NCBI GenBank assembly: GCA_030704615.1
Contig: CM060733.1
Span: forward strand, 19,220,001-19,284,000
From: Takakia lepidozioides
Taxonomy: Eukaryota > Plantae > Bryophyta
Reading direction: 5' to 3'
Length of the DNA: 64,000 nt
The notes beneath the pieces were generated by a model. It was given only the letters and a program-made list of their open reading frames with translations, had not been told where the DNA came from and made no database searches. Below are positions 36,790 through 47,830 of the stretch, piece after piece. Position numbers and translations under genes: made by a program. Numbering within the stretch: the stretch's first letter is position 1; each line of letters begins with the position of its first letter.

Positions 36790-37420
36790 CGGGCTGTGAC
36801 AGGCTGTGTCCAGTGGCCTGTGGGCTGTGACAGGCTGTGAGGGGCTGTGACAGGCTGTGCCCTGTGGCCTGTGGGGCTGTGACGGGCTATGACAGGCTGT
36901 GCCATGTGGCCTGTGGGGCTGTGATGGGCTGTGACAGGCTGTGTCCAGTGGCCTGTGGGGCTGTGATGGCCTGTGATAGGCTGTGGCGAGCTGTGATGGG
37001 CTGTGAGGGGCTGTGAGGGGCTGTGGCCTGTGGGGCTGTGACGGGCTGTGACAGGCTGTGGCGAGCTGTGACGGACTGTGAGGGGCTGTGACAGGCTGTG
37101 GCGGGTTGTGACAGGCTATGCCCTGTGGCCTGTGGGGCTGTGAGGGGCTGTGATAGGCTGTGGCCTTTGGGGCTGTGACCCTATGGCCTTTGTAGGGCTG
37201 TGACAGGCTGTGCTTGTGGCCTTTGGGGTTGTGATGGGTTGTGATGGGCTGTGACGGGCTGTGACATGTGGCCTTTGGGGCTGTGATAGGCTGCGGCCTG
37301 TGGGGCTGTGTCCCTGTGACCTGTGTAGAGCTGTGACAGGCTGTGGCCTGTGTGGGGTTGTGATGGCTGTGACCAGTGAGCTGTGTAGGCCTGTGCTGGT
37401 CTGTGGTGGCCCGTGTTGAC
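36790..37420. repeat. Degenerate minisatellite of GGCTGTG(A/G)NN units of about 8-10 bp
   Basis: Dozens of GGCTGTGAC/GGGCTGTGA/GGCCTGTG units directly visible. Confidence 0.9.
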
Positions 37421-38290
37421 CTGTGGAGGGCCAGTGCTGACTTGTGGAGGCATTGGTGGACTGCCTAAGGACTGGCATGTGGTCTTGAAGGCCGAATTTT
37501 TGACGCTCGTGGAGGGCGGTTCAAGGAATATCTTCATGATATTCCCATGATTATGCAAGTGAGGGAATAGAGGAGAGGAAGAGTGTTGGGATGAGAGCAT
37601 GCTGGGGTTAGGCATTGCTTTAGCTTCTCTTCCTCGTAGTTTTCCACCCTCTCATTAGGCCAAGACCTTTCCGTAGGTGGAGGCAAGAGTCAGTCCAAGT
37701 TTGGGCTAGGGTGTCCTTTCAAGAGCAACACCGTGGAGTTGTTTTTGGTGTGGGGGAGTTGTCGTTCTGATTTCTTCTGTTTGGATCCCCTCCATACCTG
37801 CATGCTTGATTGTGCACCATGTTAGTTTTGTGTGGGCGCTTGCTTTCATAGGGATTAGGCCGGATTTGATCACCGGTCAATCCTAGAGTTTGTTGTCGGT
37901 GGTGAGGCTGGAGTGATGACTAGTCAGACCATCATTGTTTCTCCTGTGGTGAGGTTGGAGGTGATGACCAGCCAACCATAGGAGTGATTGCGGTGGATGC
38001 AGGTGCAGGTGTAGGCTATGTTAGGAATCTAGTATTCCAAACCATAAGCCGCAACAGGTTTTCTACCCGGTAACCTTGTGGAGAGGGGGTTAGAGACATG
38101 TTCATGATCGGTTGAGTGACAGTTTGTCAACACGGAGGTGCCACTAGTTGCTGGGGACAGTGCCAGTTCGAGCACTAGCAATACTAATGGGTACACGAGA
38201 CGAGGTGTGCGGTTTAGGCCACCTTCACCTCATGTGTCTTCTACGGAAGGTTCTGATTCGGATTGTGAATCAAGATGACTCATACCGGCG

Positions 38291-39060
38291 GTGCAAGTTG
38301 TTTCTTTGCCATTGTTGTGGGACACAATGGAGGAGATGTATGGAGCTACCAAGGGGCCACGAAGGTACTCTGGGGCGGTGGGCACCATCGAATTGGATGA
38401 TTTTATCCAAGAGTTTGATAGTTGGTGTGATTTGCAGCAAATGCGCAATCCACAACTATTTACGCCTTTCATGGCATGGAAGGGGCTGTTTCAGCACCTT
38501 GAGGGGCCGCCTATGGATGATTACCATGAGTTCAGGCAGGGGCATGAGGTTGAGATCGAGGAGTGGAGGATGTACTGGTCACCCGACTATATCTCCATCA
38601 CTAGGGGCACTAGAGCCACAAGGGCAGTGGCTACACCTGCCGCTGCACCGGCAGCTTCAGCAAGTAGTAGAGGGACTAGTGGGACTGGTGGTACAGTAGC
38701 TACGACGTCCACCCAAACCACTACCGCACAAGCACTAGTACCCGTGCCTGCCTTCAACCCTGTTGTGGAGTTCTTCGAAGAGTTGAGAAAGAACTACCAA
38801 GGGGTGAGGACAGAGAAGTTGCGGAGCTTGCAAGAGTTCCAACGGAAGCCGACCGAGAGCTTGAGGGAGGCTTTCACTCGCATGAGGCGCTTGATAAATG
38901 TAACCCAAGGGGTTACGGAAGCTCAGGCAGTCCAATTCTGGTATGGGATATTGGACAAGGAGCTGAGGAGAAGGGTGCGGGATACAACTCTCCTACAAGC
39001 GGCCCAACCCACCTTAGCAAATGTGTCTTTGCTGGCAGAGCGGATAGAGCTCAACATGGT
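38291..39060 (+). pseudogene. gag (capsid-like) of copy 2
   Basis: RYSG..ELDDFIQEFDSW and FQRKPTESLREAFTRMRRL (major-homology-region-like), positioned upstream of pol. Confidence 0.8.
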
Positions 39061-42000
39061 AGTCTCAGCGTGTGAGACACGATGACTGTTCGCCTTTGGC
39101 AGTGGTCAACAAGGTGGGTCAACCACGAGCAGCATTACCTACACTGCTCAGCTTCCCAGGATCGCATGCTTTCCGGGATAGTGGACCTGGCCTCCTGTGG
39201 GATGCTCAGTTGCAGCAGTTAGTGGAGCCTAATGCTGACGAGCGTGAGCGGGCAATGGGTTTTACCACTGGTACCACAACGGTGTCGTCTCTTTCTGAGG
39301 CATCACGTCGTCAAGTGTTGGGGCAAGCAATGGATCTCAATTGCTTGACCTGGATTATCAGCTTGGCTCTGGCTGAGCAACGCAGAGTGCGGAGTACACT
39401 TCCCTTGATGGTCTCTCTGCCTACCGAGACGGTACAAGCAGTGAGTGGGGGCGAGCATGTGAGGACCACGGGGTGCATGCATCCATGGCACACGTGGGAG
39501 GTGCTCGAGGTTCAGAGGGAGTTGGCAGCCAAGGCGGTTGTGATGGATGAGGTTGGGGATTCTTCCCGGGTTGAGGAGGTCCTCAAGGATGAGATGATGG
39601 GGCAGGATGAGGCCTTGTCATTGACTGAGCAGGCAGGGAGTACTGCTCAAGAGGTTGCAACATAGCAACCACTGGACGCGTCCTCTACCTCTAAGCCCAC
39701 TGGACTTAAGGTTGCAGTTACGGAGGACAATTGGGAGCCTGACATTGGACCCATTGTCACCGGAGGAGAGAGACGACGTATACGGCGGTTCCTGAGGGCT
39801 TACAGGAATTGCTTTGCCTTCAGTTTGAAGGACTTGGGAGCACTGAAGGGTCAAGAGATCCGTATTGAGTTGGCCACTGACACGCCAATCTTTCGGAGAC
39901 CCTATAGATACAGTGACATGGAGAGGTCTTTGATTCAGATGAGGACTCAAGATCTCTGGGAGGCAGGTTTGGTGGAGCTCTCTGGTGGAGAGTATGCTTC
40001 AGCCACAGTGATGCCAGCCAAGAAGGATGTCTATGGCAATTGGACGGAGAGACGTATGTGCGGTGATTACCGGCTTGTAAATCGTCAGACCAAGTCCGAT
40101 AAGTATGCCATGCCAACACCAGAGGAGATCTTTGATGCCATCGGGCATGCTAAGGCCTTTAGCACTTTGGATTTACGATCCGGATATCACCAGTTGCCAA
40201 TCAAGGAGGCGGACAAGCAGAAGACGACATTCTGGGGGATCAATGAGCACGGCAAGGATTGCCTATATCAGTGGCGGTTCTTACCATTTGGGCTTAAGAA
40301 TGCTCCTGCAGAGTTTCAGAGAGTCATGGATAGGATTCTAGCAGGGGTGGACTTTGCTCGGTGCTACATAGATGACATCATCATCTTTAGTGTTACGATG
40401 GAGGAGCATGAGAGACATCTTCAAGTGGTATTGGAGCGCTTGAGAGCGCACGGATTGAAGTTGCATCCGGGGAAGTGCAAGTTTTTCCACAACCAGATTG
40501 AGTATCTGGGTCACATGATATATCCTGGAGGATTGGGGGTACAGCAGACTAAAGTAGAGGCCATTGCACAAATTCCACGCCCCACGGATGTGAGCCGAGT
40601 TCGAGCTTTCATGGGGTTGGCAAACTATTATAGACGGTTTGTCAAGGGATTTAGTACCATTGCAAAGGCTCTAACCAAGCTGACCAAGGTGGACCAGGAG
40701 TGGCAGTGGGAAGATGAGCAGGAACGAGCTTTTCAAGAGCTCAAGGTGAGGTTGACCTCGGCGCCTATCCTGAGACGACCTATTAGGGGGCGTCCCTTTC
40801 AGCTGCATACGGATTGGAGCATGCTGGGGCTTGGAGCGGTGCTCACACAGGTGGATGATGAGGGAAGAGAGTTCATAGTGGCTTATGCTAGCCGCTCGAA
40901 CAACGCTGCAGAGGCTAAGTACAGCTCATATGAGGGAGAGTGCTTAGCTGCAGTGTGGGCCGTGGCACACTTCAGATGCTATCTATACGGCAATCTTTCC
41001 ACCCTTGTCACGGATCACCAACCACTCAAGTGGTTGATGGAGTCAGACAAGCTTACGGGGAAGCTTGCACGGTGGGCACTCATACTCCAGGAGTATGACT
41101 TTCAGATTGTGCATCGACCGGGTTTGGTCAATCGGGATGCGGATGGATTGAGTCGCAATCCATGCACGAGCCAACATGATGACACTGGAGCTCGGTGGCA
41201 TGGTGAGATGGACGAGGAGATGGTGTCGGGATGGCACGCATCTGCATTTTTGTGTATCTTGGCATCGGGAGGTCAGGTTGGACCTACTACAGGGATGACT
41301 GTAGACGGAGTGTCTGAGGACCCTGAGGCTAGTGATGAGCCAGGTGGTGCCAGAGATATACATGAGGATTCGGCTGTGTTGGACTACCTCCGCACGGGAG
41401 ACACGGCAGTCACTGTGACTGCCAGGGAGAGGGATCGGATCCTGCAACGAGCCAAGAGGTTCAAGTGGGAGGGGATACACCTACTTCGAGTGTGGGAGGA
41501 TGGTCGGGTGAGGATTGTGCCTCACCCCACACAGCGTGCACGGTTAGTGCGGCATGCCCATGAGGAATTGGGGCATTTTGGAGTGCGACGCACTCACAGT
41601 TTACTGTAGGGGCAGTATTGGTGGCGTGGTATGCATACAGAGGTGCAACAGTTCGTGGCTAGGTGCATGGTGTGTGACAGGGTGCGTGCTTCATTCAACG
41701 CCCCTACACCACAGTTGTATCCTTTACCAATCATGGGATTGGGCTACAGGTGGAGTCTTGACTTCGCAGGACCGTTGCCACTAACTATGCGCCACCACAG
41801 ATATGTGTTGGTGATGGTGGAGCACTTCTCCAAGTGGATTGAGTTGGTTCCATTGCCTGACAAGGCTAGTGAGGGGGCTGCGTATGCATTCTTGGATCGT
41901 GTGCTTAGCCGATTTGGTGCTCCAGCTGAGGTACTCACGGACCAAGGGAGAGAGTTCTTGGGGGAGTTTCAGGCTTTGTGTGATAAAGCCTTGATAGACC

Positions 42001-42800
42001 ACCGCACCACTGCTCGGGATCATCATGAGGCCGATGGCTTGGCAGAGAGAGTTGTTCAGACGGTGAAGAGGGGTTTGTGCAAGTATGGCTTGCAGAAGGG
42101 ACACCTAGGAGATTGGGATCTTCAGGTTCCTTGGTTAACCATGGGCTATAGGTTCAACAAACAAGCATCACTTGCCTCATTCTCACCATATTTCCTTTTC
42201 TTTGGCCGAGAGCCGGATTTGCCTGCAGCCATTCGTAGGGACACTGCTCAAGTCCTTAACCTTGACAATCCGGACATGTGGGTACGTGCATATGATCAGC
42301 GTGCAGAATTATTCAAGAAAGTCATGCCTATGGCTTTTGAGAACCTTGCCATTGCACAGCACCGTGATACGTTGAGGTATGCCACTATACGTGGTGGAGG
42401 ATATCGTCCTGGGGTTCGGAGGTTTAGCCCTGGTGACTATGTTTATTTGCAACAGACTGCTCCTACGACTCTGGATGTTACTGCAGGGCGTGTTATTCTG
42501 AGGGTTCGAGAGGTGTTGCCCTCAGGGGTCCTGATCTTGGAGGGTCGGGATGGCATGACTTGGAAGGACCACGTGCGTAATTGTGCGTCATGTCACCTTC
42601 CCAATGTCGATGGCAGAGTTGACCCAAACTTGGCAGTGGTACCTGCAGGTTTGAGGTGCATGCTCTGTGGGTTTGCCAAAGGGGCAACCACCATGCTGAT
42701 GTGTGATCGATGCTCAAGGGGTTGACATATGGGATGTTTGACACCACCTCTTGAGAAGGTTCCTGACGGAGATTGGTTGTGTCCACACTGCTTGGGATAG
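39061..42800 (+). pseudogene. pol of copy 2 (DNMT C-terminal half, TAG-CAA-CCA, RT, RNase H, integrase, PHD)
   Basis: ORFs at 39072, 39825 and 41631 share one frame. YIDD, the RH motifs, the DDE integrase and CMLC..CDRC..H..C..WLCPHC are present; only three in-frame stops (39663, 41607, 42723). Confidence 0.95.
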
Positions 42801-43060
42801 TGGCAGTGGACATAACTGGAGGCAGCTAACAAGACATGGGAGGCCAAGCTCATAGGAGTCAATACATGAGATCCCAAGCTCAAGTTCACAGGTTGCAAGA
42901 CGGCGACTAATGATGGGGCAACTCTTGCACCGGCCTCTTGATCTATCGAGTTTGAGTGTAGTAGGGATAGTGGTGGAAGACTTAGTGAGGCTATGGTCAC
43001 TATCACATCTTGTGGCTATCTGGACTTAGAGGGACCTAAACACCAGCTAGGGGGGGCGAT

Positions 43061-43743
43061 TGTATGGACTAGTGACTGCCATAGTGGCAGCCTAGTGACT
43101 GACTAGTTGTAGCCTAGTGGTTGGACTAGTGGTTGGATTAGTGGTGGACTAGTGGTATACTAGTGTGTGGTGTGCACATGGGTTGTGTGGTTTTGGACAA
43201 CGATGTAGTTGTGTAGCGATATGTATGCGCACGACAGCTGTCAAGTTATTTTACCACTAGTATGAAACTAGCTAGGAAATAGCTAGCTTTTACATATTGA
43301 CATTTGGGATTGACCCAAGTGTCAATCCAGGGGTCAAGGCAGATTTAGGCCCTGGAGTGGTTATCTTCATGGCAAGCGCGGGAGGCTCATCTTTCTCGAG
43401 TTGAGCCTCACCGCGCCTAGCTATGGCACCGTAGTGTGGATTCCCCATGGCGTGGGGTGCACTTGGCTTGACTTGTATTTGAGTGATAAGGTTATATATG
43501 CATGAGTTTATGCTTCAGCTTTGTGAGCTCGCATGAGCTTGTGCTTGTATTCTTCTTCGTTATCATTGTATGGACTAGTGACTGCCATAGTGGGCAGCAT
43601 AGTGGTAGCCTAGTGACTGACTAGTTGTAGCCTAGTGGTTGGACTAATGGATGGACTAGTGGTGGACCAGTGGTATACTAGTGTGTGGTGTGCACATGTG
43701 TTGTGTGGTTTTGGACAGCGATGTAGTATGTATGCGCACGACA
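43061..43743 (+). repeat. 3' terminal A-B-A repeat block of copy 2
   Basis: TGTATGG..CGACA | GC | TGTCAAG..TTATCA | T | TGTATGG..CGACA. A contains internal (G)ACTAGTGG repeats. Confidence 0.95.
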
Positions 43744-45300
43744 AAACCTTTTAAACCCTTATCCTTCCTTTTACAAATGGGAAGAAAGTATCCATACCAT
43801 ATTATCTACTAATACACAGAAGCGATTGCGAGTCTTCCGTATTTCTTTGTTCGTTTGTGCCTAAAACCCAAACCCTAAACCCAAGCCCTAGACCCTTACC
43901 CTTACCCTTCCCTTTACAAATGAGAATGAAGTATCCATATGCATCTATTGGTATCCATAACCATAACCATTATGGTTAGTCCAATGTCTTCTCCCTTCAT
44001 TTTTGGGCTACTTTTTTCTTTCTTTTGGATTGACACATGCACTTACCTTTTTTATAGTTTGCTTTCTATGTATCTTAATACCAGGTTCCAAGGACAAATC
44101 TCTAATGTAAATACTTGTCCGATGCAATGACTAGACTTCCAAAATATTTGTTTTCTTCATTTTGTTTTTTTTTTTTCTACGTTACTAACAACACTAAGTT
44201 ATAGCAAGTCAAGTCTTCCATATTTATTTGTCCATTTCTACCTTAAACCCAAACCCAAAACCGCTACCTTAAACCCTTACCCTGAAACTGTCATCATTTA
44301 CTCTTAAGCCTTTACCCCTAAACCCTTATCCTTCTCTTTACAAATGGGAACATTGAACTATCCATACCATATTAGCCATACCCATATTAACCATTATGGT
44401 TATCCAAATGTCTTCATTATCCAAATTATTATTTTGTACCCTACTACCACACACTAAGTTCTAGTGAGTTTGAGTGTTCCATGTTTGTTTGAGCATTTGT
44501 ACCTAAAAACCAAACCGTATACCCTTGCTATGAACCCTCACTGTAAACCCTATACCTTTGCCCTCAAGCCATTACCTCCAAACCCTACGCTTCCCAAGTT
44601 CACAAATGGGAAATTTGAAGTATCTATACCATACCCATAATAACCATTATGGTTATCCAAATGTCTTCGACTCCCTTCATTTTCACACTACTTTTTTCTT
44701 TTCTTTTGGATTGATATGCACTTAGTACCTTTGCATAGTTTGCTTTCTATGTATCTTAATAATACCAAGTTCCAAGGACGAGTCTTCAATTTAAATACTT
44801 GTCCGTCTCAATGACTCTTCCATAATATTTGTTTCTCCATTTTTATTTTACTAACATACACCAAGTTCTAGTGATTGCGAGTCTTTCATTTCAGTAAATT
44901 GTCCAAATTTTGTATAACCTTAAACCAAACTTACTAAAAACCCCTACTCTAAACCCTTACCCTTTCATTTACCATTACCCCTAAACCCTTACCGGTCCCT
45001 TTACACTGAATCCCCTTACCCTTACCCTAAACCATTACCCTTACCATAGACCAAAAACCTAAGTGTACTACTCTACTTAGTACACTCCAAAACCTTATTG
45101 TACTACTACGTTACCTCTTTTCAATGTTTGCTCTTTTAATATTTTCTATTCTTGGATAAAGTACCATAGAATGATTAGAGGGATACTAAATTACCCTTAT
45201 ATTTATTAATTTTAGCGAGTGTGAGTCTTTCATATTTGTTTAACATCCCTTTGTATACTAAACCCTAAGTACCCTTACCGTTCTCATCTCACCTTATTAG
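43744..45300 (+). repeat. AT-rich duplicated units containing degenerate telomere-like CCCTAAA/CCCTTA runs
   Basis: ACAAATGGGAA..TATCCATACCAT blocks at about 43773, 43916, 44340 and 44602, each preceded by AAACCCTA/ACCCTTA clusters. Confidence 0.7.
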
Positions 45301-46192
45301 ACTTCTCTCTAGTTATACCCCTGGTACCTCTTCCTAATGCTCAATGCTATTTTATTATTTTACTGCCCTTGTATGTATCCAAAACATCATTCCAATGGCG
45401 TCTCTGAACATTGTGCTTGACATGAAGATTCAATTAATAAAATTAGTAAGTTCTATTGAGTATGGTAGAGTAGGAGTATTTCTTATGTTCGATTGCCACA
45501 CATTTATTTATCGTGATTACATAATGTAATATTATGACATCATTCGACTTCCCAGTGGACGTTCAATGAATTGTTGAGTACTACAACTCCACAAGCACTT
45601 CAATGTCAATTGGACCTCTTATATGACGACCTCTTATATGACACATTTTCAAGCAACTATGACATTGCTTGTAATTTCACAAAGTTCAATCATACATTAC
45701 TGTACCATAATAATATTAATATTTTAGTTAATTTTAATTCAGTAATATATTAAGTTTGGTCCGGATTTAAGCAAAAAGTCCAGAATTAGTTAAAATAGTG
45801 TTGGAATCCCTAAACTTGTTACATGGGGAATGACCTTAAGGACGATCTGAAAGGCCTACCTACCCTCGACACTAGACTTGTGTGAAGCGCTTTCTAGAGG
45901 ATATTTGGAAAACCCGAAACTAATTATGTCAAGATGAGTCATATTACTAGCGTGAGCCCCACAAATGCAATGTCTCTTCCTTCTTGTTTTGCCCAAACTG
46001 GGGGTGTGATTTCTGGCCACAAGGCTACGACAAACAACATAGACTTTGTTTACGTTCTTTGCATCTGATTTGCGTATTGCATTACAAGTTTGCCCTATGT
46101 GATTGTTTTTTCGACCCAATTGTGTACCTAAAGAAAACTAGAATGTCTTTACTACACTGCGATAACATGTTGTTCCACATTTAAAAGAAGTT

Positions 46193-47352
46193 ATGAATTC
46201 AAACGATCCTCGTGTGGTTGATTACTCAATTAGAGAACATACGCATGAATTCTTGCATTCATTGCACCAAGTACATTTAGAAGAAGAATACTTAAACGGA
46301 ATGTCCATTAGTGCTGAACAAGGTGGTATATGGGCTGATTTCAATTTAGTGTTTTGGACTTCTGATTATTTGAAACTTCCAATTTACACGTGGTCTAAAA
46401 GAAATTGCAAAGTTATGATTGAATGTGGTCCCAATTACCTCACAGCAGCACATACTATATACAGAGCACATAGATTGACCATGGATCGTCTCGCATTTGA
46501 CCCAACAAACGTGAACAGACGCGGATTGACATACACATCATATAAGAAAAAGAAAATTTATATCTCCTAGCTCCATTGCAAAACAAAAATTTCATGTGGA
46601 TGATATCGTACGTGAAGAAATAGAGAGACTACAAACAACTACCAGATGGAAACTATCCACACCAAACTTGCAATTACTGTATCGCACGCATGTGATCATT
46701 CAATTGTTAAATGCTCGTTCAATGCACAGTCACTATTGTGATATTATGGGTGACTACAACCTGCGAACATCTTATATATTATGTTTAAATGAAATCCGTT
46801 TGCATCCAAATAATCAAAATTGGTCATTATATGTAACTAGTGATTGCTTCTCAAGACCATCGTGTCATGATGGACACTGAACAACCATTCTATATGATAA
46901 AACCACCTCGCTTCAAAATTACCAAATCCAAACATACAATGATGCAGAATCCATTGCTGCATCTTTCAATCTAAATTCTCGCAGAGCCATGCATGTCATT
47001 GCAATATGTAAACCTCATTTGCTTTTTTCTTCACAATATTTTGTAAAATTTGCAAAGTTTATATGACCAAGCACCGAAAAATTGTCTTTTTATTGGAGAT
47101 GTTAATATCAATCTTAAAAAATCCAACAGAGAATCCGACTCGCTTCACTCATTCATGAAAAACTACAACTTTCATCTTACATTCAATGAACCTACGACAC
47201 ACTATAATTCTCAATTAGATCATATATGGATTTATTCACCTACGCAACTTTCCTTGTCTAGAACAAAAGAAGCATATGGGACCGACCACAAACCCATTTA
47301 CTTAGCATCCAAACTTCCAGATTATGTCAATCATTTCACAACCGATTTGTAA
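46193..47352 (+). mobile_element. Helentron/Helitron2-like coding remnant (OTU-like fragment, SF1 helicase C-terminus, EEP/APE endonuclease)
   Basis: GIWADF..LKLPIYTW (OTU-like) and AHTIYRAHRLTMD..GLTYTS (degenerate helicase motifs V/VI). Endonuclease motifs LLNARS, ILCLNEI, FIGDVNINL, PTT..SQLDHIW and TDHKPI. Confidence 0.72.
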
Positions 47353-47757
47353 CTACAATCTGGCAGGGCTTGCATGTATTCCATGCATTTGTTCATACTT
47401 GCTTTGTTTATAATAGAACGAATAAAAAGTTTTTTTTTAAAAAAATATTAGAGGGATTTGGGATGGCCGATTTTGGATACAACCTAGGAATTTGCCAAAA
47501 CTACCGAAGTTTTGTTGGCAAAACTTTGTCAGGTTTTTTTTGGTGGCATAGTTAGGGCCAAAATACCGAACTTTCGCTAGCGAAACTTAGGGTGTTTTTT
47601 TTTGGTTTTTTTTTAAGGAAACCTGGGAGCGATGGCCCACAATTCAGGACCTTGAGAAGGGGGAAAAATAACCCCCTTTCATTTATGGGCCATGGAGGCA
47701 CACATGACGAACAACATGCAGATAAAATGCCACGAACAATCCACACACGGGGCATGA

Positions 47758-47830
47758 CACATTGGCTTTGAACCCAAAACCACCAAGGTGACACATTGTG
47801 CTCTTACCAGCTGAGCTACTAGCCAATGTG
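47758..47830 (-). other. tRNA-derived (SINE-head-like or pseudo-tRNA) segment
   Basis: A-box TAGCTCAGCTGG, TGTCAC at the anticodon position, and B-box GGTTCAAAGCC, closed by the 9-bp inverted repeat CACATTGGC/GCCAATGTG. Not a clean cloverleaf. Confidence 0.5.

Larger units (their letters stand above)
35640..43743 (+). mobile_element. Copy 2 of the DNMT-gypsy family; 5' LTR missing, internal deletion at about 39060
   Basis: gag at 38291-39060 is fused to the DNMT C-terminal half, followed by RT-RH-IN-PHD in one frame to the stop at 42800. PPT 43048-43060; A 43061-43236, B 43239-43565, A 43567-43743. The 5' limit rests on a short match (ATGAGAAGCGGTT..GCAAGGAT) to copy 1 near 23050. Confidence 0.9.

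Noticed and set aside
36705-37615. Pro/Gln/His-rich ORFs
   Set aside because: These are translations of the GGCTGTG minisatellite.
43239-43565. Hammerhead ribozyme (retrozyme) in the LTR
   Set aside because: Hairpins are present, but neither copy has a CUGAUGA/GAAA core in a suitable arrangement.
43744-45100. True telomere or interstitial telomeric array
   Set aside because: The repeats are short, degenerate and embedded in larger duplicated units.
47758-47830. Functional tRNA-Asp gene
   Set aside because: The T-arm and acceptor geometry are not canonical; kept only as tRNA-derived sequence.
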